Below the pieces are notes generated by a model. The model saw nothing but the letters and a program-made list of their open reading frames with translations. It did not search any database and had not been told where the DNA came from. This document shows positions 20,771 to 32,000 of a stretch of DNA of 32,000 bases, one piece after another. Origin of the DNA: Coprobacillaceae bacterium (GTDB lineage: Bacteria > Bacillota_I > Bacilli_A > Erysipelotrichales > Coprobacillaceae); contig OY780959.1 in assembly GCA_963675915.1 (NCBI GenBank), positions 2,250,001 through 2,282,000 of the forward strand, in the 5' to 3' direction. The position numbers were made by a program, and so were the translations under genes. Within the stretch, counting starts at the first letter, position 1; each line of letters opens with the position of its first letter.

Positions 20771-20797
20771 AGGGATGAAGTTATTCATCCCTTTTTA
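20771..20797 (+). terminator. rho-independent terminator of pgk-tpiA
   Basis: agggatgaa-gtta-ttcatccct stem-loop (20771-20792) followed by tttt. Confidence 0.8.
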
Positions 20798-20804
20798 AAT
20801 GGGA

Positions 20805-20830
20805 TTTTTCAATTTTCAAAAATTGAAAAA
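20805..20830. repeat. AT-rich palindrome TTTTTCAATTTT-ca-AAAATTGAAAAA
   Basis: Perfect 12-nt arms (20805-20816 / 20819-20830). It lies between the tpiA terminator and the licT promoter. Confidence 0.85.
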
Positions 20831-20832
20831 AT

Positions 20833-20861
20833 TTTAAATATTTGCGCCTTCATGTTATCAT
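20833..20861 (+). promoter_or_regulatory. candidate extended -10 promoter of the bgl operon
   Basis: TGtTATCAT (TG 20853-20854, TATCAT 20856-20861) with a weak -35 tttaaa (20833-20838). This would place the transcript start just before RAT-1. Confidence 0.35.
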
Positions 20862-20872
20862 GTATCTCGCAT

Positions 20873-20902
20873 GGATAGTTATTGAGTCACTCAAGCTAAA
20901 CC
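20873..20902 (+). promoter_or_regulatory. ribonucleic antiterminator (RAT-1), BglG/LicT-family target
   Basis: GGATAGTTATTGAGTCACTCAAGCTAAACC compared with the remembered consensus GGATTGTTACTGC....GCAGGCAAAACC. The flanks are conserved. The apical helix CTGC/GCAG is replaced by the compensatory pair TTGAG/CTCAA. Confidence 0.6.
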
Positions 20903-20952
20903 TGCATGAAGATGCGTCAAAAATATTGACAAGTTTTTGTGTGGGTTTTTTT
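20901..20952 (+). terminator. possible RAT-overlapping attenuator terminator (weak)
   Basis: cctgcatgaaga (20901-20912) can pair with tttttgtgtggg (20934-20945), giving 12 bp of which 5 are G-U. T7 follows (20946-20952). The 5' arm overlaps the 3' end of RAT-1. Confidence 0.4.
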
Positions 20953-20964
20953 ATTGGAGGAAAA

Positions 20965-21804
20965 ATGATAATAAATAAAGTTCTTAACAACAATGTTGTA
21001 GTTGTTGTAGATGAAAACAATAATGAGAAAGTTGTCATGGGAAGAGGCTTGGCGTTCAAGAAGAAACCTGGTGATAGCTTTGATGATGATAAAATTGAAA
21101 AAGTTTTTGAATTGAATACATCTACAATGAGTCAATTTGAGGAATTGGTCAAAGATATTCCGATTGACTACTTCAAAATTGTTGAAGAAATTGTGGAGTA
21201 TGCCAAAGTCAGTCTGGAAACCAGCTTTTCGGATTTGATTTATGTGTCTCTGGTTGATCATATTTACACCGCAGTAAAAAGGGCGCAAGAGGGAATCACA
21301 ATCAACAACGCTTTACTATGGGAAATCAAGAAATTCTACCCGAACGAATATGCGGCCGGACAGTTTGCGCTTGATCGACTTGAAAGTTTGGCGGAAAGAT
21401 TGCCTGATGACGAAGCAGGTTTCATTGCCTTGCATTTTGTCAACACCCGTCTTGACAGTGACTATACTGATCCAGAGGCAGTTATCAAGGTGATGACTGA
21501 AGTTACCAATCTAGTTCGATATTTTTTCAAAATCGAACTTGATGAGGAGAGTGTTTATTATTACCGTTTCATTACTCACTTGAAATTCTTTGCCCAACGT
21601 CTGATAAACAAGGAGCAAAGTTACAAGGAAGAAAATGATTTGCTGGAAATAATCAAACAGAAGTACCAGGCAGTTTATAACTGCGTCGAGAAGATAGCTG
21701 ATTTCATTGAAGAGAAGTACGACTATCATCTTTCAAGTGATGAACTACTCTACTTGACTATTCATATCGAGAGAGTTGTTTATAAATCGGCGAAACCGCA
21801 ATAA
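20965..21804 (+). CDS. licT: BglG/LicT/SacY-family PRD-containing transcription antiterminator
   Basis: Start placed at MIINKVLNNNVVVVVDENNNEKVVMGRGLAFKKK (ATG 20965 after GGAGG). This is the canonical CAT domain N-terminus. Two PRD-like regions follow. 279 aa. Confidence 0.88.
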   Translation: MIINKVLNNNVVVVVDENNNEKVVMGRGLAFKKKPGDSFDDDKIEKVFELNTSTMSQFEELVKDIPIDYFKIVEEIVEYAKVSLETSFSDLIYVSLVDHIYTAVKRAQEGITINNALLWEIKKFYPNEYAAGQFALDRLESLAERLPDDEAGFIALHFVNTRLDSDYTDPEAVIKVMTEVTNLVRYFFKIELDEESVYYYRFITHLKFFAQRLINKEQSYKEENDLLEIIKQKYQAVYNCVEKIADFIEEKYDYHLSSDELLYLTIHIERVVYKSAKPQ

Positions 21805-25241
<3,437 letters not shown>

Positions 25242-25270
25242 TCATATATCGTATATGTCCGAATAATCTA

Positions 25271-25317
25271 AGAGTAACCCCATGGATCTTCCACGGGGTT
25301 ACTCTCTTTTGTTTTTT
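25271..25317 (+). terminator. rho-independent terminator of the bgl operon
   Basis: agagtaacccc / ggggttactct 11-bp stem (25271-25281 / 25295-25305) followed by cttttgtttttt. Confidence 0.85.
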
Positions 25318-25382
25318 AGGAGAGCACCTGAGAAGCAATCAGCAAATAGTTTGCTATAATCATATTTTTTTATTAAAAAGGC

Positions 25383-25410
25383 TTGCATTGTTGTATTTTT
25401 TGTGTATAAT
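25383..25410 (+). promoter_or_regulatory. candidate sigma-A promoter of rplK-rplA
   Basis: TTGCAT (25383-25388), 16-nt spacer, TATAAT (25405-25410). An A/T-rich tract lies upstream. Confidence 0.55.
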
Positions 25411-25452
25411 AACTAATTGTCACAGTACGCATGTATTGTGCTTGTCAATCCG

Positions 25453-25482
25453 CGTGGAAGGACGAAAGTCCGTTTGACCACA
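25453..25482 (+). promoter_or_regulatory. putative ribosomal protein L1-binding mRNA structure (23S rRNA L1-stalk mimic), copy A
   Basis: cGTGG-AA-GGAC-gaaa-GTCC-GTTTGA-CCACa: outer helix GTGG/CCAC and inner helix GGAC/GTCC capped by a GAAA tetraloop. It lies in the rplK 5' UTR. Confidence 0.55.
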
Positions 25483-25516
25483 GCACCGACAGAAATAATA
25501 TAAGGAGGAATGTCGC

Positions 25517-25939
25517 GTGAGTAAAAAAATCGTGAGAATTATGAAAATTCAATTCCCTGCAGGTGGAGCTAGACCAGGTCCAGCATTAGCAGGAGCCGGA
25601 ATTCAAATGCCTAAATTCTGTACAGCGTTCAACGATCAAACAAGAGAACGTGCTGGTGAAACAGTACCAGTTGTATTGACTGTATATGATGACAAAGACT
25701 TTGATTTCGTTTTAAAAACTGCACCATGTGCGGAAGTAATCAAGAAAAAAGCAGGTATCAAAAAAGGTGCCAGCAAATCTGGTTCAGAAATCGTTGGAAC
25801 ATTAACAGCAGAACAAGTTAAAGAAATTGCTGAATACAAAATGCCAGACTTAAACGCTAATACGATCGAAGCTGCAATGAAAATCGTTGCTGGAACTTGT
25901 CGTAACATGGGTGTTGAAGTTACTGGAATGGAAGCATAA
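25517..25939 (+). CDS. rplK: 50S ribosomal protein L11
   Basis: GTG start 8 nt after AAGGAGG. 140 aa. KIQFPAGGARPGPALAGAG...FCTAFN and the C-terminal domain are typical of L11. Confidence 0.95.
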   Translation: MSKKIVRIMKIQFPAGGARPGPALAGAGIQMPKFCTAFNDQTRERAGETVPVVLTVYDDKDFDFVLKTAPCAEVIKKKAGIKKGASKSGSEIVGTLTAEQVKEIAEYKMPDLNANTIEAAMKIVAGTCRNMGVEVTGMEA

Positions 25940-25953
25940 TCAAAACCGTCATA

Positions 25954-25981
25954 CGTGGAAGGAATATTCCGCTTGACCACA
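25954..25981 (+). promoter_or_regulatory. putative L1-binding mRNA structure, copy B (rplK-rplA spacer)
   Basis: cGTGG-AA-GGAA-ta-TTCC-GCTTGA-CCACa. The outer helix and internal-loop bases match copy A. The inner helix differs by compensatory changes (GGAC/GTCC becomes GGAA/TTCC). It ends 1 nt before the AGGAGG RBS of rplA. Confidence 0.55.
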
Positions 25982-25995
25982 TAGGAGGAAAGTAA

Positions 25996-26679
25996 ATGGC
26001 TAAAAAAAGTAAAAGATTTAACGAAGCTGCTGGTTTAATCGAAAAAGGTAAAGCTTACTCAATCGAAGAAGCAGTTGAGCTAGTTAAAAAAACAAGTACA
26101 GTAAAATTTGATGCAGCTATCGATGTTGCATTTAACTTAGGATTAAATACTAAACACGCAGACCAACAATTACGTGGTGCGTTAGTATTACCAAACGGAA
26201 CTGGTAAAACAAAAAAAGTTTTAGTAGTTACTGAAGGTGAAAAAGCTCAAGAAGCAAGAGATGCTGGAGCTGATGTAGTAGGTGGAAAAGAAATCTTAGA
26301 AGAAATCCAAAAAGGATGGCTTGATTTCGAAGTAATGATCGCTACTCCAGATATGATGGCTCAATTAGGTCGTTTAGGACGTGTCTTAGGACCTAAAGGT
26401 TTGATGCCAAACCCAAAAACTGGAACAGTTACTATGGATATCGCTAATGCAGTTAAAGAAACTAAAGCTGGTAAAGTAACTTACCGTACAGACAAAGAAG
26501 GTAATGTTCATTTAACATTCGGACGTGCTTCTTTCGAAAATGATAAGTTAGTTGAAAACTTTAATACTATCATGGATTTGATTGTTAAATCAAAACCATC
26601 ATCTGCAAAAGGTGTATACATCAAAAACATTGCAATCTCATCAACAATGGGACCAAGTGTTAAAGTTCAAGCTGCATAA
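25996..26679 (+). CDS. rplA: 50S ribosomal protein L1
   Basis: 227 aa. Canonical L1 sequence ([42 protein letters not shown]). Confidence 0.97.
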   Translation: MAKKSKRFNEAAGLIEKGKAYSIEEAVELVKKTSTVKFDAAIDVAFNLGLNTKHADQQLRGALVLPNGTGKTKKVLVVTEGEKAQEARDAGADVVGGKEILEEIQKGWLDFEVMIATPDMMAQLGRLGRVLGPKGLMPNPKTGTVTMDIANAVKETKAGKVTYRTDKEGNVHLTFGRASFENDKLVENFNTIMDLIVKSKPSSAKGVYIKNIAISSTMGPSVKVQAA

Positions 26680-26845
26680 GCAGTCAATTTAATAGCCGCA
26701 ATCAATATACCCAAGACAGCAACTGGGAAACCTTAATTCGTTGCCGAGGTGTTAGAACAAAAATTCTAAACTCTTGGGTCAAACCAGGAGTTTTTATCTG
26801 CAAGTATATTGTTGCATATATAAAAATCTTATAGGAGGTGTAACG
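26680..26845 (+). promoter_or_regulatory. rplJL (L10) leader with terminator/antiterminator alternative
   Basis: Structured 166-nt spacer. Attenuator hairpin aaactcttgg-gtcaaa-ccaggagttt (26768-26793) followed by a T-run. The upstream segment acccaaga (26709-26716) is complementary to tcttgggt (26772-26779) in the terminator 5' arm. Confidence 0.6.
26768..26796 (+). terminator. L10-leader attenuator terminator
   Basis: 10-bp stem (one G-U pair), 6-nt loop, then tttttat. Confidence 0.65.
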
Positions 26846-27391
26846 ATGTCAGTTGAAGCAATTAATCAAAAAGCTCAAGCAGTAGCTGAAATCAACGCGA
26901 AGTTATCAAATGCTTCATCAGTAGTGGTTGTTGAATACCGTGGATTATCAGTAGCTGAAATCACTGAATTACGTAATGAATTACGTACTGAAGGCGTGGA
27001 ACTGAAAGTTTACAAAAACAACTTAGTTTCAAGAGCAACTGAAAACACAGATTTCGAAGGTCTTAAAGATTCATTAAAAGGACCAAACGCAATCGCTTTA
27101 GGTAGCGAAGATGCTGTAGCACCAGCTCGTGTCTTGGCTAAATTTGCTAAAAACCATGAAGCTTTAGTATTAAAAGCAGGTGTTGTTGAAGGTAAATTAT
27201 TATCAGTTGAAGAATTAGACGCAATTTCTAAATTACCTGGACGTGAAGGAATGTACTCAATGTTACTTGGTATGTTACAAGCGCCAGTAAGCAAATTTGC
27301 ACGTGTAGTTAAAGCTGTTGCTGATGCAAAAGAAGCAAACGGTGAAGCTGCCCCAGAAGCTGCTGCAGTAGAAGCAGAAGCTGCTGAATAA
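26846..27391 (+). CDS. rplJ: 50S ribosomal protein L10
   Basis: Start placed at MSVEAINQK (ATG 26846 after AGGAGG). 181 aa with typical L10 blocks ([23 protein letters not shown]). Ala/Glu-rich C-terminal tail. Confidence 0.95.
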   Translation: MSVEAINQKAQAVAEINAKLSNASSVVVVEYRGLSVAEITELRNELRTEGVELKVYKNNLVSRATENTDFEGLKDSLKGPNAIALGSEDAVAPARVLAKFAKNHEALVLKAGVVEGKLLSVEELDAISKLPGREGMYSMLLGMLQAPVSKFARVVKAVADAKEANGEAAPEAAAVEAEAAE

Positions 27392-27432
27392 TTTTAAAAA
27401 AAACGAAAGAGAACTTTAAGGAGAATATAAAC

Positions 27433-27801
27433 ATGGCAAAATTAACACATGAAGATATCTTAGCTTTCTTAGAAGAAGCTACAATCTTAGAATTAAATGA
27501 CTTAGTAAAAGCAATCGAAGAAAAATTTGACGTAACTGCTGCTGCACCTGTAGCTGTAGCTGCTGCTGGAGCTGAAGAAGCTGCTGGACCTAGCGAAGTA
27601 ACTGTAACATTAACTGACGTTGGTGGTAAAAAAGTTGCTGTAATCAAAGCTGTACGTGAAATCACTGGTTTAGGATTAGTTGATGCTAAAGGATTAGTAG
27701 ACAAAGTTCCTGCTGCAATCAAAGAAAACATCAAACCAGCAGAAGCTGAAGAAATCAAAGCTAAATTAGAAGAAGCTGGAGCTTCAGTTGAAGTAAAATA
27801 A
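27433..27801 (+). CDS. rplL: 50S ribosomal protein L7/L12
   Basis: 122 aa. N-terminal dimerisation helix, Ala-rich hinge, and C-terminal domain [24 protein letters not shown]...[14 protein letters not shown]. Confidence 0.97.
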   Translation: MAKLTHEDILAFLEEATILELNDLVKAIEEKFDVTAAAPVAVAAAGAEEAAGPSEVTVTLTDVGGKKVAVIKAVREITGLGLVDAKGLVDKVPAAIKENIKPAEAEEIKAKLEEAGASVEVK

Positions 27802-27819
27802 TTCTAACGAATTAGAAAC

Positions 27820-27842
27820 AAGGTCCTACGGGACCTTTTTTT
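27820..27842 (+). terminator. rho-independent terminator after rplL
   Basis: aaggtcc-tacg-ggacctt stem-loop followed by T7. It is preceded by a smaller ttctaa-cgaa-ttagaa hairpin. Confidence 0.85.
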
Positions 27843-27854
27843 ATGGAGGTTGAA

Positions 27855-28451
27855 ATGGCACATTATTATACAAAAAATAGTGATCTTAAAAGCGATAGAC
27901 AATCGTTCATCTTCACATTCGACAAATATGATTTTCATTTTACCAGCGACATCGGGGTATTCTCAAAAGATTTCATCGATTATGGGACCCGGGTTTTGCT
28001 GGAACAGATTGTTGTAGATGACAACTATGGTTCGCTGCTCGATGTGGGTTGCGGTTATGGACCGATTGGTATTTGCATGAAAAAACTGTATCCTCAACTT
28101 GATGTGATGATGGTTGATGTCAATGATCGGGCCCTGGAACTGGCACAGTACAACGCTGAGCAAAACGGGGTTAATGTTGAAGTGGCTGAATCCAACTGTT
28201 ATCAAAATGTCGAAGGGACTTTTGACTTGATCGTATCCAACCCTCCAATAAGAGCCGGAAAGTCGGTTGTTATGGAAATTGCCAAAAGTTCGTATGACTA
28301 TCTCAATGATGGTGGGGCGTTCTACGTCGTAATCCAGAAAAAACAGGGAGCACCATCGGTCAAGAAAATCCTATCAGATATTTTTGACAACTGTGAAGTA
28401 GTTAAGCGGGACAAGGGATATTACATCTTAAGAGCAATTAAGTCGGTATAA
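27855..28451 (+). CDS. class I SAM-dependent methyltransferase, RsmC/YbxB-like (small-domain rRNA MTase)
   Basis: Start placed at MAHYYTKN (ATG 27855 after GGAGG). SAM motif I LLDVGCGYGPIG and catalytic-type VSNPPIRAG motif. It sits between rplL and rpoB, the same position as B. subtilis ybxB. Confidence 0.85.
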   Translation: MAHYYTKNSDLKSDRQSFIFTFDKYDFHFTSDIGVFSKDFIDYGTRVLLEQIVVDDNYGSLLDVGCGYGPIGICMKKLYPQLDVMMVDVNDRALELAQYNAEQNGVNVEVAESNCYQNVEGTFDLIVSNPPIRAGKSVVMEIAKSSYDYLNDGGAFYVVIQKKQGAPSVKKILSDIFDNCEVVKRDKGYYILRAIKSV

Positions 28452-28465
28452 CCGACTTTTTTTTG
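28440..28465 (+). terminator. rho-independent terminator after the methyltransferase gene
   Basis: aagtcggt-ata-accgactt (28440-28458) includes the TAA stop in its loop and is followed by a T8 run. Confidence 0.8.
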
Positions 28466-28496
28466 TCAAGTGAAAAAAATATTTTTCAAAAAGGTA

Positions 28497-28525
28497 TTGA
28501 TTTATTGAAAGTGTTGTGATAGTAT
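28497..28525 (+). promoter_or_regulatory. candidate promoter of rpoB
   Basis: TTGATT (28497-28502), 17-nt spacer, TGaTAGTAT (TAGTAT 28520-28525). An overlapping alternative is TTGAAA-17-TTTAAT. Confidence 0.5.
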
Positions 28526-28609
28526 TGTTTAATGCCTATTCATGGTTGATATGAGGTTTTTGTGTACTCAAAAACAGGATTTAATATATAAAAGGAGTGG
28601 CGTAAATCG

Positions 28610-31600
28610 GTGGACAACAATATATCAATGGCGAAAAGTAAAGTTATTCGTCGAAATTATTCAAGAATTAGCGGTTCTTTGGAATTGCCTAATTTAGTAG
28701 AAATTCAAACTGATTCTTACAAATGGTTCAAAGAAGAAGGGATTAAAGAAGTTTATAACGACATTTTCCCGATCACAAATTTCAATGACACTATGTCGCT
28801 GGAATTCGTTGATTGCGTATTTGATGAGCCAAAATACTCTGTTGCAGAAGCAAAAGAACGTGATACGAATTATTCGGCTCCAATCAGAGCCCAATTGCGT
28901 TTGGTTAATTCAGCAACTGGAGAAATCAAAGATCAAGAAGTATTCATGGGTGACTTCCCATTAATGACTGATTCAGGTACTTTTATCATTAACGGTGCTG
29001 AACGTGTAATTGTCTCACAATTAGTACGTTCACCAGGTGCTTATTTTGCTGATGCTGTTGATAAAAGCGGAAAAGTAATCTTCAACGGTAGTATCATTCC
29101 ATCTCGTGGTACTTGGTTGGAATTCGAGAACGATGCTAAAGACATTTTGAATGTCCGTATCGACAGAACTCGTAAAATTCCGGCAACTGTACTGCTTAGA
29201 GCATTGGGATTGCAATCTGATGAAGATATCGTAGAAGTATTCGGTGAGCATGAACTTTTGGAAAACACTTTTGCAAAAGATTCGACAGAAGACACTGATA
29301 CTTCATTAATTGAAATTTATAATAAATTAAGACCAGGTGAACCTGCTACTTTAGAGGGAGCCAACAATTTATTGTACGTAAAATTCTTCGACCCTAAACG
29401 TTACGATTTGGCAAAAGCCGGACGTTTCAAAATCAGCCGTAAGCTGAACATTCTTGAAAGGGTCAATGGGCGTGTCTTAGCTCAGGACTTGGTAAGCGTT
29501 GATGGTGAAGTTCTTTTGGAAAAAGGGACTAAAATCACTTCTGCTAACCTGGACATCGTTGGTGATGCACTTGCTGCAGGTGCCCACAAGCATACAATCA
29601 AAACAAATGAAGGTTTACAGTCTACAGACACTATCCAATATTTGGATGTATATGTAAACTTTGATTCCGAAATCGCGCCGGAACAAAACAAAACAATGCG
29701 TGTAATCGGTACTGATTTGTCATTGGATGGAAAATTCATCACAATTTCAGACATTATCGCAGCATACTCTTATATGCTTAACATCTTTGACATTTATAAT
29801 AGTTATGAGTTGTCTTCGGAAGCTCGTGTAAACTCGATGGCTCGTATCGGTTTATTGGATGATATCGATCATTTAGGAAACCGTCGTGTTCGTTCGGTTG
29901 GGGAATTGATTCAAAACCAATTCAGAATCGGTCTTTCACGGATGGAAAGAGTTGTCAAAGAAAGAATGACAACTAACCAGGAAGAAGCGATGACTCCGCA
30001 AAAACTTACCAATATCCGTCCATTGACTGCGGCGATGAAAGAATTCTTCTCTTCATCACAGTTGTCACAATTCATGGATCAGATCAATCCATTGGCCGAG
30101 TTGACCAACAAACGTCGTTTGTCGGCATTAGGTCCTGGGGGATTGTCTCGTGACCGTGCTGGTTACGAAGTGCGTGACGTCCATCCATCTCATTACGGAC
30201 GTATCTGTCCAATCGAAACTCCTGAGGGACCAAACATCGGGTTGATTTCGACTTTGGCATCATACGCAAAAATCAATCGTTATGGTTTCATTGAAACTCC
30301 ATATCGTAAAGTTAACGGAACTGTAATTGACGAAAGTGATGTTCGTTATCTTACAGCTGATGAAGAAAAGAACTATATCATCGCCCAAGCGAAAGTTGAC
30401 AGTGATGAAAATGGTCAAATCTTGGAAGAGCAAGTAATTGCCCGTCATTTCGGAGAAAACATCCTGGCCAACCGCGAAGATGTTGATTTTATCGATATTT
30501 CTCCAAAACAGATCGTATCAGTAGCGACCTCATGTATTCCATTCTTGGAAAACGATGATGCTACCCGTGCCTTGATGGGTGCCAACATGCAGCGTCAGGC
30601 AGTACCTCTGTTGAATCCTCATACTCCGTTTGTCGGAACAGGTATGGAATATCAAGCGGCCCGTGATTCGGGTGCCGCAGTAGTATCTGAAGAAGGTGGC
30701 GTAGTTACATACGTTGATTCTAAGAAGATTGTCGTAACAAATGAAGAGGGAGATCATGTTTATCGCCTTTCTAAATTTGCGATTTCAAACAACGGAACTT
30801 GCATCAATCACAAACCGATTGTAAAAGTTAACGAAAAAATATTGCCAAATCAAGTTTTAGCTGATGGACCAGCGATGGAAAACGGTGAACTTGCCCTTGG
30901 TCAAAACGTCCTGGTTGGATTCATGACATGGAATGGTTACAACTACGAAGATGCGATCATCATGTCTGAAAGACTGGTTAAGGAAGATGTTTATACTTCG
31001 ATTCATATCGACGAATACTCAATCGAATGCCGTGATACCAAATTAGGACCTGAAGAAATTACAAGAGATATCCCTAACGTCGGTGAAGAGGCTCGTAAAT
31101 ACCTGAATTCCGATGGTATTATCATGATCGGTGCCGAAGTTAAAGAAGGAGATATCCTGGTAGGTAAAGTTACGCCTAAAGGACAGGCGGAACTGTCTGC
31201 TGAAGAAAAACTGTTATTGGCTATCTTCGGTGAGAAATCTCGTGAAGTTAAAGATAATTCACTTAGAGTTCCTCATGGTGGGGCCGGTATCATTCATGAC
31301 ATCAAAGTATTCTCACGTAAAAACGGTGATGAATTGCAACCTGGTGTCAATAAAGTAGTTAAAGTCTATATCGTTCAAAAACGTAAAATCTCCGAAGGGG
31401 ATAAAATGGCCGGACGTCATGGTAATAAAGGGGTAATTTCCCGTATCTTGCCAGTAGAAGATATGCCGCATTTGGAAGATGGAACTCCATTGGACATCAT
31501 GCTTAACCCATTAGGGGTACCTTCTCGTATGAATATCGGTCAGGTATTGGAATTGCATCTGGGATACGCTTGTCGTCAACTTGGTATGTATATTGCAACA

Positions 31601-32000
31601 CCAGCCTTCGATGGTCTGAACCTTCATGACCTGGAAGATGCTATGGCTGAAGCAGGTATGGCAAAAGATGGTAAACAAAACGTAATTTCCGGAAGAACTG
31701 GAGAATATTTCGATTCGAAAATCTCAGTCGGTGTCATGTACATGATCAAATTGGCCCACATGGTCGATGACAAACTGCATGCCCGTTCAGTCGGACCTTA
31801 CTCATTAGTAACTCAACAGCCATTGGGTGGTAAAGCTCAAAATGGTGGACAAAGATTTGGGGAGATGGAAGTTTGGGCCCTTGAAGCATATGGGGCGGCT
31901 TACACATTGCGCGAAATCCTGACTGTTAAATCAGATGACGTTGTCGGACGGGTTAAAACTTATGAAGCGATTGTCAAAGGATTGCCTTTACCAGAACCAG
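28610..32000 (+). CDS. rpoB: DNA-directed RNA polymerase beta subunit, N-terminal ~1130 aa (3' end outside the window; absent from the supplied ORF track)
   Basis: I translated this frame by hand. It is open from stop TAA 28589-28591 to the window end. Probable GTG start at 28610 (AAAGGAG at 28591-28597), with ATG 28628 as the alternative. Hallmarks: [75 protein letters not shown], and GRHGNKGV...[10 protein letters not shown] near the end. Confidence 0.95.
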   Translation, partial: MDNNISMAKSKVIRRNYSRISGSLELPNLVEIQTDSYKWFKEEGIKEVYNDIFPITNFNDTMSLEFVDCVFDEPKYSVAEAKERDTNYSAPIRAQLRLVNSATGEIKDQEVFMGDFPLMTDSGTFIINGAERVIVSQLVRSPGAYFADAVDKSGKVIFNGSIIPSRGTWLEFENDAKDILNVRIDRTRKIPATVLLRALGLQSDEDIVEVFGEHELLENTFAKDSTEDTDTSLIEIYNKLRPGEPATLEGANNLLYVKFFDPKRYDLAKAGRFKISRKLNILERVNGRVLAQDLVSVDGEVLLEKGTKITSANLDIVGDALAAGAHKHTIKTNEGLQSTDTIQYLDVYVNFDSEIAPEQNKTMRVIGTDLSLDGKFITISDIIAAYSYMLNIFDIYNSYELSSEARVNSMARIGLLDDIDHLGNRRVRSVGELIQNQFRIGLSRMERVVKERMTTNQEEAMTPQKLTNIRPLTAAMKEFFSSSQLSQFMDQINPLAELTNKRRLSALGPGGLSRDRAGYEVRDVHPSHYGRICPIETPEGPNIGLISTLASYAKINRYGFIETPYRKVNGTVIDESDVRYLTADEEKNYIIAQAKVDSDENGQILEEQVIARHFGENILANREDVDFIDISPKQIVSVATSCIPFLENDDATRALMGANMQRQAVPLLNPHTPFVGTGMEYQAARDSGAAVVSEEGGVVTYVDSKKIVVTNEEGDHVYRLSKFAISNNGTCINHKPIVKVNEKILPNQVLADGPAMENGELALGQNVLVGFMTWNGYNYEDAIIMSERLVKEDVYTSIHIDEYSIECRDTKLGPEEITRDIPNVGEEARKYLNSDGIIMIGAEVKEGDILVGKVTPKGQAELSAEEKLLLAIFGEKSREVKDNSLRVPHGGAGIIHDIKVFSRKNGDELQPGVNKVVKVYIVQKRKISEGDKMAGRHGNKGVISRILPVEDMPHLEDGTPLDIMLNPLGVPSRMNIGQVLELHLGYACRQLGMYIATPAFDGLNLHDLEDAMAEAGMAKDGKQNVISGRTGEYFDSKISVGVMYMIKLAHMVDDKLHARSVGPYSLVTQQPLGGKAQNGGQRFGEMEVWALEAYGAAYTLREILTVKSDDVVGRVKTYEAIVKGLPLPEP

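Noticed and set aside
20842-20964. N-terminal extensions proposed by the ORF track: licT from 20842, bglP from 21832, rplJ from 26774, rapZ from 2617, arsC to 2587, and the methyltransferase from 27843.
   Set aside because: In each case an internal ATG, preceded by a good GGAGG-type RBS, restores the canonical family N-terminus. The extensions also overlap promoters, RAT elements, the L10 leader terminator or the rplL terminator.

Overview
This looks like a core-genome window from a low-GC Gram-positive (Bacillota-type) organism. All genes but one are on the + strand. RapZ-WhiA without YvcK and Asn at the RpoB His526 position hint at the Erysipelotrichia/Mollicutes-related branch, but I cannot verify that. 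In order, the window holds: the glpK 3' end; trxB; a convergent thioredoxin-type arsC; a rapZ-whiA-XRE-small membrane protein operon; a zinc-ribbon/beta-propeller membrane protein translationally coupled to murF-ddl; a T-box (Leu, CUC)-controlled 9.5-kb leuA-ilvN-ilvC-leuC-leuD-leuB-ilvD-ilvB operon; pgk-tpiA; a licT-bglP-bglH beta-glucoside operon with RAT elements; rplK-rplA and rplJ-rplL with their autoregulatory leaders; a ybxB/rsmC-like methyltransferase; and the first ~3.4 kb of rpoB, which runs off the window and is missing from the ORF track. I found no CRISPR array, tRNA/rRNA gene, transposase, integrase, phage gene or recognisable defence gene. I see no convincing evidence for a new multi-gene system here. 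The points most worth a second look are: (1) ~210 bp of unexplained repeat-structured DNA, including a perfect 34-bp palindrome, between ilvB and pgk; (2) a natural Asn at the rifampicin-critical His526-equivalent of RpoB; (3) an uncharacterised membrane beta-propeller gene fused into the murF-ddl operon; (4) twin L1-binding rRNA mimics showing compensatory base changes; (5) tandem U-tract-less hairpins after a codon-optimised ilvC inside the BCAA operon; and (6) the trxB-rapZ-whiA block lacking yvcK. All homology calls come from reading the translations, not from database searches.
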